DNA of 53,017 nt from a virus. Its lineage: Duplodnaviria; Caudoviricetes. The notes below the pieces were generated by a model. That model made no database searches. It was not told the DNA's origin and saw only the letters and a program-made list of their open reading frames with translations. The stretch spans positions 1-53,017 of IMG/VR virus record IMGVR_UViG_3300032116_000284; one strand, written 5' to 3'. Of the stretch, positions 10,201 through 18,871 are shown in pieces. Both the position numbers and the translations under genes were made by a program. Position 1 is the first letter of the stretch. Each line of letters begins with the position of its first letter.

Positions 10201-10739
10201 AGCTGTTGGTCGATGAACTTTCCGTGCTTGCCCGAAGATAGATAAGCTTTCAGCGACTTTGTTTTGCCGTTGTCAACCGGAGCTGAAGACCCAAGAACAT
10301 TCTTCTTCGCTCCAAAGTCGGCTTCTGTGTTGCTAAGTCCGACGGCTTCAAATGCTTGTGGGTTCCACATCGTAGCAGGACTGACAAACGGAGTTGGGTC
10401 AATCTTGCTTACGTTTAGTTGCTCGTTCTGGGAGACGTACCTTGGCTGGTTAGCGTCGTCACCAGAAGCAGGACGAATGTTGAACGTTGGTTCCAGAGGA
10501 ATAGCGTTCTGTCCATCAACCGTCATCTGTGTAACGTGAGCTACAAGCTTCCTGAGAACAGGACGTGCCACATCTGTAGAGCCATCAAGAGTAGGAGCGA
10601 CGGCTGGGCCGTCTGTGTTGGGACGCTCGCTACTTTCCACAGCACTGTCATCAGTACGCTGCTGATAGTAGATCGTCAGCTTGCGTGTGGAACCGGTTGA
10701 AGGGTCAGCCGGTGCATTCTGTGGAATAAATCTCGACAT
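7215..10739 (-). CDS. large baseplate / tail-tube initiator-like structural protein
   Basis: PFYIHDLRT...FHAFLEDVGEDFSVEY...GYGRQDKV...TRTVTVSF...VRLRLGDLF and later GVITSFKVDY...PKFVTVNL; located between tape measure and LysM genes. Confidence 0.6.
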   Translation of the reverse strand: MSRFIPQNAPADPSTGSTRKLTIYYQQRTDDSAVESSERPNTDGPAVAPTLDGSTDVARPVLRKLVAHVTQMTVDGQNAIPLEPTFNIRPASGDDANQPRYVSQNEQLNVSKIDPTPFVSPATMWNPQAFEAVGLSNTEADFGAKKNVLGSSAPVDNGKTKSLKAYLSSGKHGKFIDQQLLETTGFNEEHKFLNPTGDGTQPDTKLELGSVFYNQLGAYAKTSYVGQPTISGQTVAAKRLTVEDMQILALNSLFDASQGGADFDFVVTKDNTVEAEARAAVPSPTRLGKKISLGRFSGARELKKVYGIDKGSRTTFIDNTDSLETYGSFYSPYSQFNTLVPTGQVAVAVALVVAFTLVLESVGFLVQQGSGDGTIVGYASLSTQEKADLLGTSVLKSSTVYPKGKITSGLDFLRDVSGVTTLFDTVQHNRGDCLFAGLEEFFGFRLLGNFNATGNTAAVQQLATASSKILTESGRISTLLREILRSGIGLLSDVAAIPSEGFSVAGASALLERLKRLKLVSFINVLMNLGDRVLQNQDIVQDAADNGNPDYNTDGRSTVSFIDSLPDVRRNYIAKSRLSKNGKLAWGMSTTSMLSLPLGSLYNPGAGTNRNLREAGVSLVEGYPDVINTDGNEQPNFRTAGDRNQAVRSGRISADMVAKYEQSLESDYMPFYIHDLRTNEIVQFHAFLEDVGEDFSVEYTAQEGYGRQDKVQTHRGTTRTVTVSFKMVATNEDDHSVMWYKLNKLVTMIYPQWTQGREVNVDNVRFIQPFSQIPGASPVVRLRLGDLFKTNFSKMAVARLFGATTLSTFNVQGNRVAPTADGRTSSRDGSVPTGATTTTDSTSANSALMYGPVSILNSQNLTIMARAATAVGLSPVVTPDQLFQPGDKLVLKPEVLSQYLRGYSASNTPFTKLITQESRIVAEYVRTDSQTSKVVLQLKNYIRDIRVGGSSFLGNNDIGGYPTVPINAQAGTSPTLQLPLNTSNVFARALDQQRTARELQKRIDSSQNRTVRDEQQVVTGQPTTSGSVSTARNTSTAGLESLTGQQFFSETENPVLKAFKSSGGQGLAGVITSFKVDYSEAKGSWSTDGSTKSRAPKFVTVNLGMSVIHDITPGLDANGIMTAPVWPVGPYSNYYMNNGNTTTPPTANDAQSVSAQGNINRFNPLSNPTLNRKG

Positions 10740-10751
10740 TTGTGTCCATAA

Positions 10752-10940
10752 CTACTCCACGTTGTCTTTTGTTGGAACAGCCGTAACGCTAGCTAGCGCT
10801 GTCGGCAGACTCTTCGTCATGGCGGCAACCATTTCCACAATGGTCTTCCTGGCACTGTCTCTGTCAGCTTCAGGCAGAGAATCTAGCAAGTGTTTCACTA
10901 GTGGATGTTCTAGAACTTGGGTGTCTATGGGCTTCGTCAT
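10752..10940 (-). CDS. small hypothetical protein in tail module
   Basis: 62-aa ORF tightly packed downstream of the tape measure gene. Confidence 0.5.
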   Translation of the reverse strand: MTKPIDTQVLEHPLVKHLLDSLPEADRDSARKTIVEMVAAMTKSLPTALASVTAVPTKDNVE

Positions 10941-10941
10941 G

Positions 10942-13900
10942 TCACTGGCCTCTCATTGTTCCAACGCTGTTTCGTGTGGAAGGGTTGAAGGACTCAGGTC
11001 TAAGGGCTTCTTCTCTTGTTGGCTTGTCCTTTGCGAACCTATACAGGGCCTTGTTGAACGTCCCAGCTTCGAGAGTGACGTTTACTTCCACGTTCACGTT
11101 TGCTGCAGCTTGTTCGATTCTTGCAATCTTCTTCGCTCCCAACTTGTCGCCCATACGCTCAAGCGTCAAGTCGATGGATGGGATGTTTCCAGCCCTTGCA
11201 AGGTCTCTGGAGAAGTCTTGGTACGCTTGGATCATGTTGAGGAAGTTGGCTCCAAGAGTGCCTTGAAGACTTTCTGTGATAGCTGTAAGCATTCTTGGAA
11301 GGCTTCTGAGTCCGTTGTCTCCTTCGCCACTTAGTTCTCTGATTTCCTTGGCAACGTCAACAAGGCTCTTGATGGCTCCGAACACTCCCTTGACCTTGTT
11401 GATTTGCGCAATGCCTGGAGCTCTGATTTCTCCGATGGCATCGAGAACACCTTGAAGCATGTCTCCATGGCCATCAACGTTTCCGATTCTTCTCTTGGCG
11501 AAGAAGAACGTCATGACTTCCATAACCGGCAAGAACACTTGAGACCATGTGTTCAACATGCCACCGGCACCTAGGCCACCTCGGTCGACTCTCAACGAAC
11601 CAACGATGCTTGTGATGGAGCTTACAAGCTCAAACACGCCCTTGAGGGCAGCGACCTTGGTGTTCAGACCAGGAACAACTGGAATCTCCATCACTTGATT
11701 GATGAATCTAGGCAAGTACGTAGAGAACATATCTCCTAGGCTGTCAGTGATAGACGTAATCATGGAACGAGCAAACCTACCCATGGCTTCAAGCCCAGGA
11801 ATGGTCCTTACGTTTCTTGTTGTCACTTCGAGCGTTGAACTCACTGCCGATATCAAGGGTGCAGTCATCGAAGCAAACGACTTGATAAGTTCTGTCACGA
11901 TGGACAGAGCTTTTATACGCTGTGGATCTGTTGGTAGTCCTGCTACGAGAGTAGCTACGGAACCAACGATACCAGAACGACCGTCTTGCCCAACAATCAG
12001 GTTCTTTAGGGAGCTTGACAGTCGCTGAATGAAGGTCTGTGCTTGGTGAAGTCTTTCGTCGCTCAAGCTGGCAGCTGATCTGCTGGATAGCAGTTGGTTG
12101 AAGCTGTCCATGGCTCCACCAACGCCTTGGTTGCTCATGACAGCAGCGAGAGAGTTCAACGTTGAAGACAAGACAGTCCCTATAGACTCAAGGACCGGCC
12201 CAACAGCCTTGAGAGCGTTGATGTTTCGTACGCCGTTGACAAACTCCAGGACATGTCCAAGCATGGCCTTAGTTGCACCGCTTATGGCTGGAATGAGCTG
12301 CGTAATCATCCCTTCCATGGCCTTGAACTTGGCCACGGCTCCTAGTCCTGATGCAATCAAGCTCAGTGGTCCACCGATGAAGCTGGCAGAGATTTCAAAC
12401 TGGCCAAGGAACTCTCCAACAGCCTTGATCATCGATGCAAGTCCAGTTGAAAGAATACCAAACACCTCTGCCGATGCTTTTAGCTGTGTTGGGGCAATAT
12501 CCATGTTCGATGCCATAGATTCAACACGCTTCAACAGAGCTGTGACAACGCCTGTTTTCGGGTCAGCAAGCATCGATATCACACCCGTCAAACCTTTGGT
12601 TGCTTTCTCGACAACCATGGCGTTTGTCATGTTGACATCGGCGAACAGTCCGCCCGTTACATGCTTGATCAAGTCAACGATAGGAACGATGAGGGAAGCA
12701 AGGCCAGCTGTGATGGTTGAGAACACACCGGCTTTCTCTTTCAACACGCCTACGTCACCCGATATCGAGTTGACAACCGGAACAATCTGCAAAACAGCGA
12801 CCTTGATTCCAGTGATCACTTCCGTCAGTGATTCCAATGGGCTCTTAGCACCAAACAGCTTCGAAGCCACTGTGCCTATAGCAGCAAACGGAGCACTGAA
12901 GGCTAGAGCAGACATAGCCAACGTCATTTGGATTATCAGCTGTGTGAAAGTCATCAGAATTCCGCCAACTTCCTTGGCATAGGCTGCATTCACACCGGCA
13001 CGGTTCATTCCTGTGACGAAGTCGGCGATGGTTACAGTAGCAAGTTTCGTCAAGCCAACGAGAACAACGCCAACAGCAACCATTCCTAGGGCTATAGCAG
13101 CCGCTGCAGTGCCTCCGCTTGAGCTAAGGGCAAGACCAACACCCGCCAACACGAGCATCGATGCTGACACTCCTAGCATCAACAAAACCATGTTGTTCAT
13201 TACACCCATGAAGGTGTTGACGGCTTCCTTGCTTACGTTCTGGAACATCTTAGCCCCAAGGAACACTATGCCGCCAACAGCCAACATGATGGCGCTGATA
13301 GCCAGAAGTCCTATTCCTAGGCCCTTAGCGATGGCTCCAAGGCCCTTCGAAGAATCCCCAAGCCTTTCAACAGCTTGGAAGAAACCTGTCTTGACAAGGC
13401 CAACAAACATAATGGTGACTGCACCAAGAACGCCCGTTATCATGGCCAGGGACTCTGGTTTCACTTGAAGGCTCTGCGCAAGGGCAGCGAGCAAGATGAC
13501 TGAGCCAATAACAGCGCTAGCAGCAGCTGTGAACATCACAACAGAACCAGCTAGCTTACGCATACCCTTGGCACTGTTCTTGATCTGGTCAGCTACTCTC
13601 TCTGGAGAGCTCGCACCCTTCGAAGAAGCTGTGTCTCCAACAGTTGTTCCTGCCTTCGCTGCTCCACCTCTGATCGATGTCATCAACCTTGGCATGTCGC
13701 CAAGGATACCGGCCACAACGGCTCTGAACACAGCCATCACAGTAGCAGGTCCAAACCAGAACACAATGGCACCCATGATTATCTTGTGCATGTGTGGCAT
13801 CACAAACTTGTTGAACATCTCTTTCGCTATGTCAACGAGAGCTGAACCAACGTCCTTCAACACCGGTCCAAGCTCTTTCTTCAAGTGCATGAAACCGGAC

Positions 13901-15861
13901 ACAAGCATTCCAGTAAGACCATCACCGAACTCACTAGCTCCACGCTCTAGAGCAGCAGGGTTCCGTATTGCCCCCAGGATGCCTTTTAGGACATCCTTCA
14001 AACTAGTCAAGGCGTACTTCGCTCCTTGAACGAAGATCGTCCCTACGGTCTTGTAGAAGGTCTTGAGGCCAGTTAGGAACTGGCTTCCTGCTGGCGAACT
14101 AGCAGAGAAGAAGTCGAAGAAGTTCTTCTTCATGTTTGCCATGAAGGTTTTGAACCCGCCTTTAGGATCGGTGCTCAGAACAGCGAACAGTCTTCTGAAC
14201 TCATCAACGATCTTGACTCTTAGAGCCTTGAACCTTGAGGGTTCGAACAGCTTGGAAAGGCCCTTCAAAATGTCCTGGATGCCTGGGAACATCTTGACGA
14301 ACATCCTTCCAACTTCTCTACCGGCAATCAATATCTGATACATTGCACGCTGGAGGTTGGTAACGACTAGTCTAAACTCTCGACTTCTTCGGATTCCTCC
14401 CTCGAAACCCTTCATGAAGGTTTCCAGGAAGCCACCCTTCATCGCTTGCCCTGCCTGAACAAGTCTCTTGATGCTCTCCGATAGCTGTTGCATGGCTTCG
14501 GCTTGACTTACCTGAGTCTTCTGAGCCTTGCGCATCTGGGCATCGAGTTGTGCACCAGACAACGCTCTGTTCTTCTGAGAGAAGGCAAGCCTTGTCTCTT
14601 CGTCGCTCAACCCTGTGAGATCGGACAGCCTTCTACGCTCTGCAATGGACAACTGGTCAACGTTTCTACCGGCCTTGAAAAAGGCTTCACGAAGCAGGTC
14701 CAGTTTCTTGGTTGGATCTTGCTCCTTCATCAGCTTCATTGCATCGATGTTCAAGTTGAACGCTTCAGCAAGCCCTGCAACCTGCTGCGCTGAATCCTCA
14801 AAGTTCAAGGTCTTGTCCATGACCTTCTTTAGAGTTTCCATCGACAGGCCGAGCTTCTTCACATAGACAGAAGCCTTCATCATGTCCCTTGGAACCATGA
14901 TGCCGAACGACGCACTCTCCTTGATCATGAATTCAAGGTCTTTGCCAACCTCTTTCGCAGAGAACCCGAATGTTCTCTCAACCCTTACCAAGTCCTTCAT
15001 GATTCCACGAAGGTTCGACGTGATGTCTTGACCGCTGTTGTTTGCCGTTATCTGCAAACCCTTCATTGCAGCGCCGGTGAAGCTTGTCGCTTTGGTAAGC
15101 ACCATCACTTCGCCTGACATTCTGGCGGTTTGTCTAGCGAACGTGTTGAAGATAGGCCCCATGTCCTGAGCCAGTTTTGTATACTCCCTCAGAACGTTTG
15201 CAAGACCTTCTCTACCATACCCGAACACACGTCCAAGGCTGAGACCGGACTGTTCGAACTGTTTGATGTTTGGCATCATGTCCTGAACAGCACGGCTCGT
15301 GCCTATGCTCAGGTTACCAAAAGCATCCCTAAGCTCTTCCAAAGCCACCCGGAATGGATCTACTCCACTCTGTGCTGCGTCCTGAAAGAAACTCAACAGA
15401 GAACCAGGAAGGGATAGCAGAGACATCCCTATGTTCTTGAGTAATCCGAAGGCAACCCCGCCCATACGCATAATGGTCTTGAACAACTCGGTTGACAAGT
15501 TCAGACCTGCCTTGAACCCTCTTACGAACTCGACAGGAACAGTAAGTTTCTTGAGACCCTTGGTGAGCTTGCCCACAACGCCGTCAAGCTTCTCCGCCTG
15601 TTCGTTGCTGTCTTCAAGCCCTGTTGAGAACTCCTTGGTCTGCTCTTGGGCTTCCCTGAGTCCGTCCGTAATCTCTTTCATCTTGCTCTTGTCGAGCTTA
15701 CCAAAGCACTCTTGCGCCTTGCAGATGGCTTCAACCAACTTGGCCTGAGCTTGATACGCCTCGGTTTGCTTCTCTATGTGAGAAGTAATCTGCTGCATAG
15801 CAGACAACAGCTGTTGCGCAATCTTGAGGTTGTCAACTGTTGGTCCTGTTGTGTCCGCCAT
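10942..15861 (-). CDS. tail tape measure protein
   Basis: 1639 aa, helical, Ala/Gly/Leu-rich with central hydrophobic segments; LNFEDSAQQVAGL...DPTKKLDLLREAF motif; heads the tail module. Confidence 0.85.
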   Translation of the reverse strand: MADTTGPTVDNLKIAQQLLSAMQQITSHIEKQTEAYQAQAKLVEAICKAQECFGKLDKSKMKEITDGLREAQEQTKEFSTGLEDSNEQAEKLDGVVGKLTKGLKKLTVPVEFVRGFKAGLNLSTELFKTIMRMGGVAFGLLKNIGMSLLSLPGSLLSFFQDAAQSGVDPFRVALEELRDAFGNLSIGTSRAVQDMMPNIKQFEQSGLSLGRVFGYGREGLANVLREYTKLAQDMGPIFNTFARQTARMSGEVMVLTKATSFTGAAMKGLQITANNSGQDITSNLRGIMKDLVRVERTFGFSAKEVGKDLEFMIKESASFGIMVPRDMMKASVYVKKLGLSMETLKKVMDKTLNFEDSAQQVAGLAEAFNLNIDAMKLMKEQDPTKKLDLLREAFFKAGRNVDQLSIAERRRLSDLTGLSDEETRLAFSQKNRALSGAQLDAQMRKAQKTQVSQAEAMQQLSESIKRLVQAGQAMKGGFLETFMKGFEGGIRRSREFRLVVTNLQRAMYQILIAGREVGRMFVKMFPGIQDILKGLSKLFEPSRFKALRVKIVDEFRRLFAVLSTDPKGGFKTFMANMKKNFFDFFSASSPAGSQFLTGLKTFYKTVGTIFVQGAKYALTSLKDVLKGILGAIRNPAALERGASEFGDGLTGMLVSGFMHLKKELGPVLKDVGSALVDIAKEMFNKFVMPHMHKIIMGAIVFWFGPATVMAVFRAVVAGILGDMPRLMTSIRGGAAKAGTTVGDTASSKGASSPERVADQIKNSAKGMRKLAGSVVMFTAAASAVIGSVILLAALAQSLQVKPESLAMITGVLGAVTIMFVGLVKTGFFQAVERLGDSSKGLGAIAKGLGIGLLAISAIMLAVGGIVFLGAKMFQNVSKEAVNTFMGVMNNMVLLMLGVSASMLVLAGVGLALSSSGGTAAAAIALGMVAVGVVLVGLTKLATVTIADFVTGMNRAGVNAAYAKEVGGILMTFTQLIIQMTLAMSALAFSAPFAAIGTVASKLFGAKSPLESLTEVITGIKVAVLQIVPVVNSISGDVGVLKEKAGVFSTITAGLASLIVPIVDLIKHVTGGLFADVNMTNAMVVEKATKGLTGVISMLADPKTGVVTALLKRVESMASNMDIAPTQLKASAEVFGILSTGLASMIKAVGEFLGQFEISASFIGGPLSLIASGLGAVAKFKAMEGMITQLIPAISGATKAMLGHVLEFVNGVRNINALKAVGPVLESIGTVLSSTLNSLAAVMSNQGVGGAMDSFNQLLSSRSAASLSDERLHQAQTFIQRLSSSLKNLIVGQDGRSGIVGSVATLVAGLPTDPQRIKALSIVTELIKSFASMTAPLISAVSSTLEVTTRNVRTIPGLEAMGRFARSMITSITDSLGDMFSTYLPRFINQVMEIPVVPGLNTKVAALKGVFELVSSITSIVGSLRVDRGGLGAGGMLNTWSQVFLPVMEVMTFFFAKRRIGNVDGHGDMLQGVLDAIGEIRAPGIAQINKVKGVFGAIKSLVDVAKEIRELSGEGDNGLRSLPRMLTAITESLQGTLGANFLNMIQAYQDFSRDLARAGNIPSIDLTLERMGDKLGAKKIARIEQAAANVNVEVNVTLEAGTFNKALYRFAKDKPTREEALRPESFNPSTRNSVGTMRGQ

Positions 15862-15910
15862 GGTAGATGGTTATGCTCCTGCACCCATAACTATCAACAG
15901 CGTATTTATC

Positions 15911-16297
15911 ATGTCAAATCCAGAAGAACCATCAACCGAAGAAGACATCATGACGGAACACAAGGCCGAGGAGCTGTTGAAAGAGTATCTCAAGCTTAGC
16001 CCTATTCCAAGTGCCGTTATGATGCCTTTCAAGAACTACAAGATGACAACGTTGGGGAAGTTGTTCTTTTCCAGCCTTGTGGTAAGCATGATGACCGGGC
16101 AAAAGTCTCCGTTCAAGGTCTCTGGAGACAAGAAGAAGATTGACATTCTTGTTCGAGCGGTCCAGAGTTCGAAACGGTTTCAGGATGAAGTGAAACGTCC
16201 TGGTGCCACTGTTGATTCAGTAATCAGAGCCATGGATCTGAAGAACGTTGACTCGAAAAACTTCGAACACGTGTTCGGAGTGCCATTTCCTCTGTAG
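15911..16297 (+). CDS. hypothetical protein divergent from tape measure gene
   Basis: ATG immediately after TATTTAT (15903-15909); ends FEHVFGVPFPL. Confidence 0.6.
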   Translation: MSNPEEPSTEEDIMTEHKAEELLKEYLKLSPIPSAVMMPFKNYKMTTLGKLFFSSLVVSMMTGQKSPFKVSGDKKKIDILVRAVQSSKRFQDEVKRPGATVDSVIRAMDLKNVDSKNFEHVFGVPFPL

Positions 16298-16300
16298 TCT

Positions 16301-16891
16301 TTACCAGGTTCCGTTTGCCCTATAGAATTCATACTTGTCAAGCGCTGAGAACCTCGGGGCTGTATCTGAGTTGACAAACGGGTTCATGATTGCCGCTCCT
16401 CTGCCAACTGGAGAGCAGTCTGTTCTCTGGAGAGCTTCTCTTCCTGTGCATACGTGTTGCATGCCAAGCCAGTGGCCGGTTTCGTGCATAAACACCGACT
16501 GCAATTGGTTTGTCGATTCCATGGAGTCTGCATCGAGTCTTATGAAGCTTGAATGGTATTCATACAAGCCTATATTGCCCGTACTAAGCCCACCATCCCA
16601 ACGCAGCACGTACAGGTTGAACAAGTATATCGAGGCGGTTGTTCGAAGAGTCGGTCTTAGGCCAATTCTCCTGAACTCTGGGTAAGTGGCTTCCATGGCG
16701 AGTCTCTCAGCTTGAGAGAATCTGCTGTCGAACAAGATGTAGATTTCTCTGCGACACAGAAGCTCAGGAGACCGGCCTTCTTGTCTTGCTATATCCAGTG
16801 GATTGGAAGTGGGCAAGCGCTGTGGTCTTGCGCAGTTGAAACTGCCATACACAACCAACAGAACCAACAAGAGCCTGACCAGAACCCTCAT
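16301..16891 (-). CDS. secreted/membrane metzincin (matrixin-like) zinc metalloprotease
   Basis: N-terminal hydrophobic signal with Cys; HETGHWLGMQH (HExxHxxGxxH) and AIMNP Met-turn. Confidence 0.8.
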   Translation of the reverse strand: MRVLVRLLLVLLVVYGSFNCARPQRLPTSNPLDIARQEGRSPELLCRREIYILFDSRFSQAERLAMEATYPEFRRIGLRPTLRTTASIYLFNLYVLRWDGGLSTGNIGLYEYHSSFIRLDADSMESTNQLQSVFMHETGHWLGMQHVCTGREALQRTDCSPVGRGAAIMNPFVNSDTAPRFSALDKYEFYRANGTW

Positions 16892-16924
16892 ACAACATAG
16901 TTACATGGTAGAAACACAAGTTCT

Positions 16925-17128
16925 ATGTCAGTAAAGCAGCAACTACCTTCAAGCACCAGGAAGCCAACTGTAGGCATAGGTCCAGAAGCAGCATCCGAGT
17001 TTCGTGTTGATGTTCCTCTTGTTGTGGGAGGGGAAAACATCACCACACTGATTCAGTCGTTGAAAGAACGCATCCGTGTGCTTGAAGAACAGGTAGCTAT
17101 CCTGAGCACAAGAACACAACATATGTGA
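16925..17128 (+). CDS. small hypothetical protein with C-terminal coiled coil
   Basis: follows TAGTTAC motif; LIQSLKERIRVLEEQV heptads. Confidence 0.55.
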   Translation: MSVKQQLPSSTRKPTVGIGPEAASEFRVDVPLVVGGENITTLIQSLKERIRVLEEQVAILSTRTQHM

Positions 17129-17146
17129 CCCAAGGAGTCCTATATA

Positions 17147-17479
17147 ATGAGAGTTACAGTAGACGGAAGAGGGATTACCTCCGAAAATGGCGTACCTGTC
17201 CTGGACATAAAAGTCCCAACGAACATAGCTGGCCGAGACATGCACAGCGTTATTGAACAGCTGAGCACCCTTGTCGAAGCAATCACCAAGATGACAGGTT
17301 CGATTCAAGTTCTCGAAAGCAAGATTGAAGAGCTTGAGAAACACACCTGTACACCCTGCCAGCACACATGTGGGCCAGAACAAGCGCAGCCAACAGCTGC
17401 AGCTGTCGAGAAGCCCGTTGCAGCAAAGAAGCCAGGAAAGGCAGCTGCAGCTGACAGTAAACCCGAAGAGAGCAAATGA
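17147..17479 (+). CDS. hypothetical coiled-coil protein
   Basis: AAGGAG RBS upstream; IQVLESKIEELEK; Ala/Lys-rich tail. Confidence 0.6.
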   Translation: MRVTVDGRGITSENGVPVLDIKVPTNIAGRDMHSVIEQLSTLVEAITKMTGSIQVLESKIEELEKHTCTPCQHTCGPEQAQPTAAAVEKPVAAKKPGKAAAADSKPEESK

Positions 17480-17640
17480 AGATATCGAAAGCAGAACTGC
17501 GAGCTATCATTCTTGAGGCTGTGAAGGAGCTCAAGAGCAAGTTGGAACAAGACAAGCAACGTCAACTCGACCCGAAGGAACCAAAGGATGTCGGGGACAA
17601 GAAGTTGCTTCTAGATGATGACGAGAAGAACGAAGACTAG
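17476..17640 (+). CDS. 54-aa protein with MKISKAELRAIILEAV leader (not in ORF track)
   Basis: ATGA overlap with upstream stop; manual translation MKISKAELRAIILEAVKELKSKLEQDKQ...DEKNED*. Confidence 0.7.
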   Translation: MKISKAELRAIILEAVKELKSKLEQDKQRQLDPKEPKDVGDKKLLLDDDEKNED

Positions 17641-17647
17641 TGGCTCT

Positions 17648-18265
17648 TCAAGCCATCCAGCGCTTACGTTCACTCAACCCTTCAAGCCAGTGTTTGTGGC
17701 AGCGAGCCTCATAAGTCTCAGCACCACCAATGAGGACTTGTGAAGTTGATTTGGCGCTCAACTTTCGAAAGGTTCGCTGAGCATCTTCGCCGCACACAAC
17801 GCACTCGCTCTTCATCTTCACAACACGGTCAGCCATGGTCAGCAGCCTTGGCATTGAACCAAACGGTCTGCCTTCGCTATCCATGTCAAGTCCGAAAGCA
17901 ATGACGTTTACACCAGCTACTAGTAAGTCTGGAACCTGAACAAGAGACAAGTCTTCAAAGAACTGTGCCTCATCGATAAGAACAAGAGTTACACCCTGCA
18001 ACTGTTCTTCTGTAACAGTGCCATCAACAGGCAAACACAGCACTGGATGACTCGTGTTCTTCTTTAGAGAGATGCCGTCGTGAGACACAACGTCGTCTTC
18101 CTTGTACCTGTTGTCGATCGTCGGCTTGATAACGAGAACCGTTTCTCCGCAATCCAAGCTCTCTTCCAGCTCTGCGATCAACAAACTGGTCTTGCCTGCA
18201 TACATAGGCCCACAGTAAACCGTGAGGGTACCTGTGGCTGTGAGTTTTTGTTCTGTCATGTGCAA
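17648..18265 (-). CDS. tdk: thymidine kinase
   Basis: GPMYAGKT P-loop, IDEAQFF, GLDMD, CVVCG and YEARC zinc-site motifs; start may be 18259. Confidence 0.93.
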   Translation of the reverse strand: MHMTEQKLTATGTLTVYCGPMYAGKTSLLIAELEESLDCGETVLVIKPTIDNRYKEDDVVSHDGISLKKNTSHPVLCLPVDGTVTEEQLQGVTLVLIDEAQFFEDLSLVQVPDLLVAGVNVIAFGLDMDSEGRPFGSMPRLLTMADRVVKMKSECVVCGEDAQRTFRKLSAKSTSQVLIGGAETYEARCHKHWLEGLSERKRWMA

Positions 18266-18564
18266 CTCCTATAGGTAAACTCAACCACCATGTCTGGATG
18301 GTGGAGGATATCCTGAATCCTCACATCCCTGTATGTCTTTACTCCAACCAAACTCATTCCCTTGTCGTACTGCCTCACGATGAAAGCAGGGAACCAAGTG
18401 CCGGGGGTCGCATACAGAATGGGATTCTGTGGTAGCAACGGCCTTGTCAAGCACAACGCCAGAGAGTTGCTTGAAGTGACCTTGCACTTCGAAGCGTCTA
18501 GTTCGTACAGCTCCCCTCCAGCCTCCAGCCCAACAGTGAACAGAAAATGTGACTCGTATATCAT
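18256..18564 (-). CDS. hypothetical protein
   Basis: 102-aa ORF, TAGAGT -10-like box 6 nt before ATG, overlaps tdk start. Confidence 0.5.
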   Translation of the reverse strand: MIYESHFLFTVGLEAGGELYELDASKCKVTSSNSLALCLTRPLLPQNPILYATPGTWFPAFIVRQYDKGMSLVGVKTYRDVRIQDILHHPDMVVEFTYRSCT

Positions 18565-18598
18565 GAACCAACTCTACAACAAGGCGGTAGGAATGTGT

Positions 18599-18871
18599 TC
18601 ATGTGAAACGCTGTGTTTTTCCATTCTGACCGAACTGTTTCGTTTTGCCGGTCATTGCTCTCATTTGTGGGGTGTTGTGCTGTAGTCCCTTGCTGGGGAT
18701 GTCTGCCTTGTTGTCAACAGCCCTGGAAACTTCTTTGTTGATGCGTTCTATAAGCCACTTACGGAAGGCTATGGGGTATTCGTAGTAGGTTTCCCAGGAC
18801 ATGCCGAAGTAGTATCCTAGGATGAAGAACGGCTCCAGGAGAACATCAATTCTGTCACTCGGCGTCAGGCC
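18599..18871 (-). CDS. probable frameshifted C-terminal extension of the gp26-like chaperone (G/GT-like)
   Basis: frame is open from the T7 run: GLTPSDRIDVLLEPFFILGYYFGMSWETYYEYPIAFRKWLIERI; track shows only 18599-18802. Confidence 0.6.
   Translation of the reverse strand, partial: GLTPSDRIDVLLEPFFILGYYFGMSWETYYEYPIAFRKWLIERINKEVSRAVDNKADIPSKGLQHNTPQMRAMTGKTKQFGQNGKTQRFT

Noticed and set aside
11699-15748. Series of plus-strand ORFs up to 294 aa
   Set aside because: All antisense to the tape measure gene with mirror-type composition
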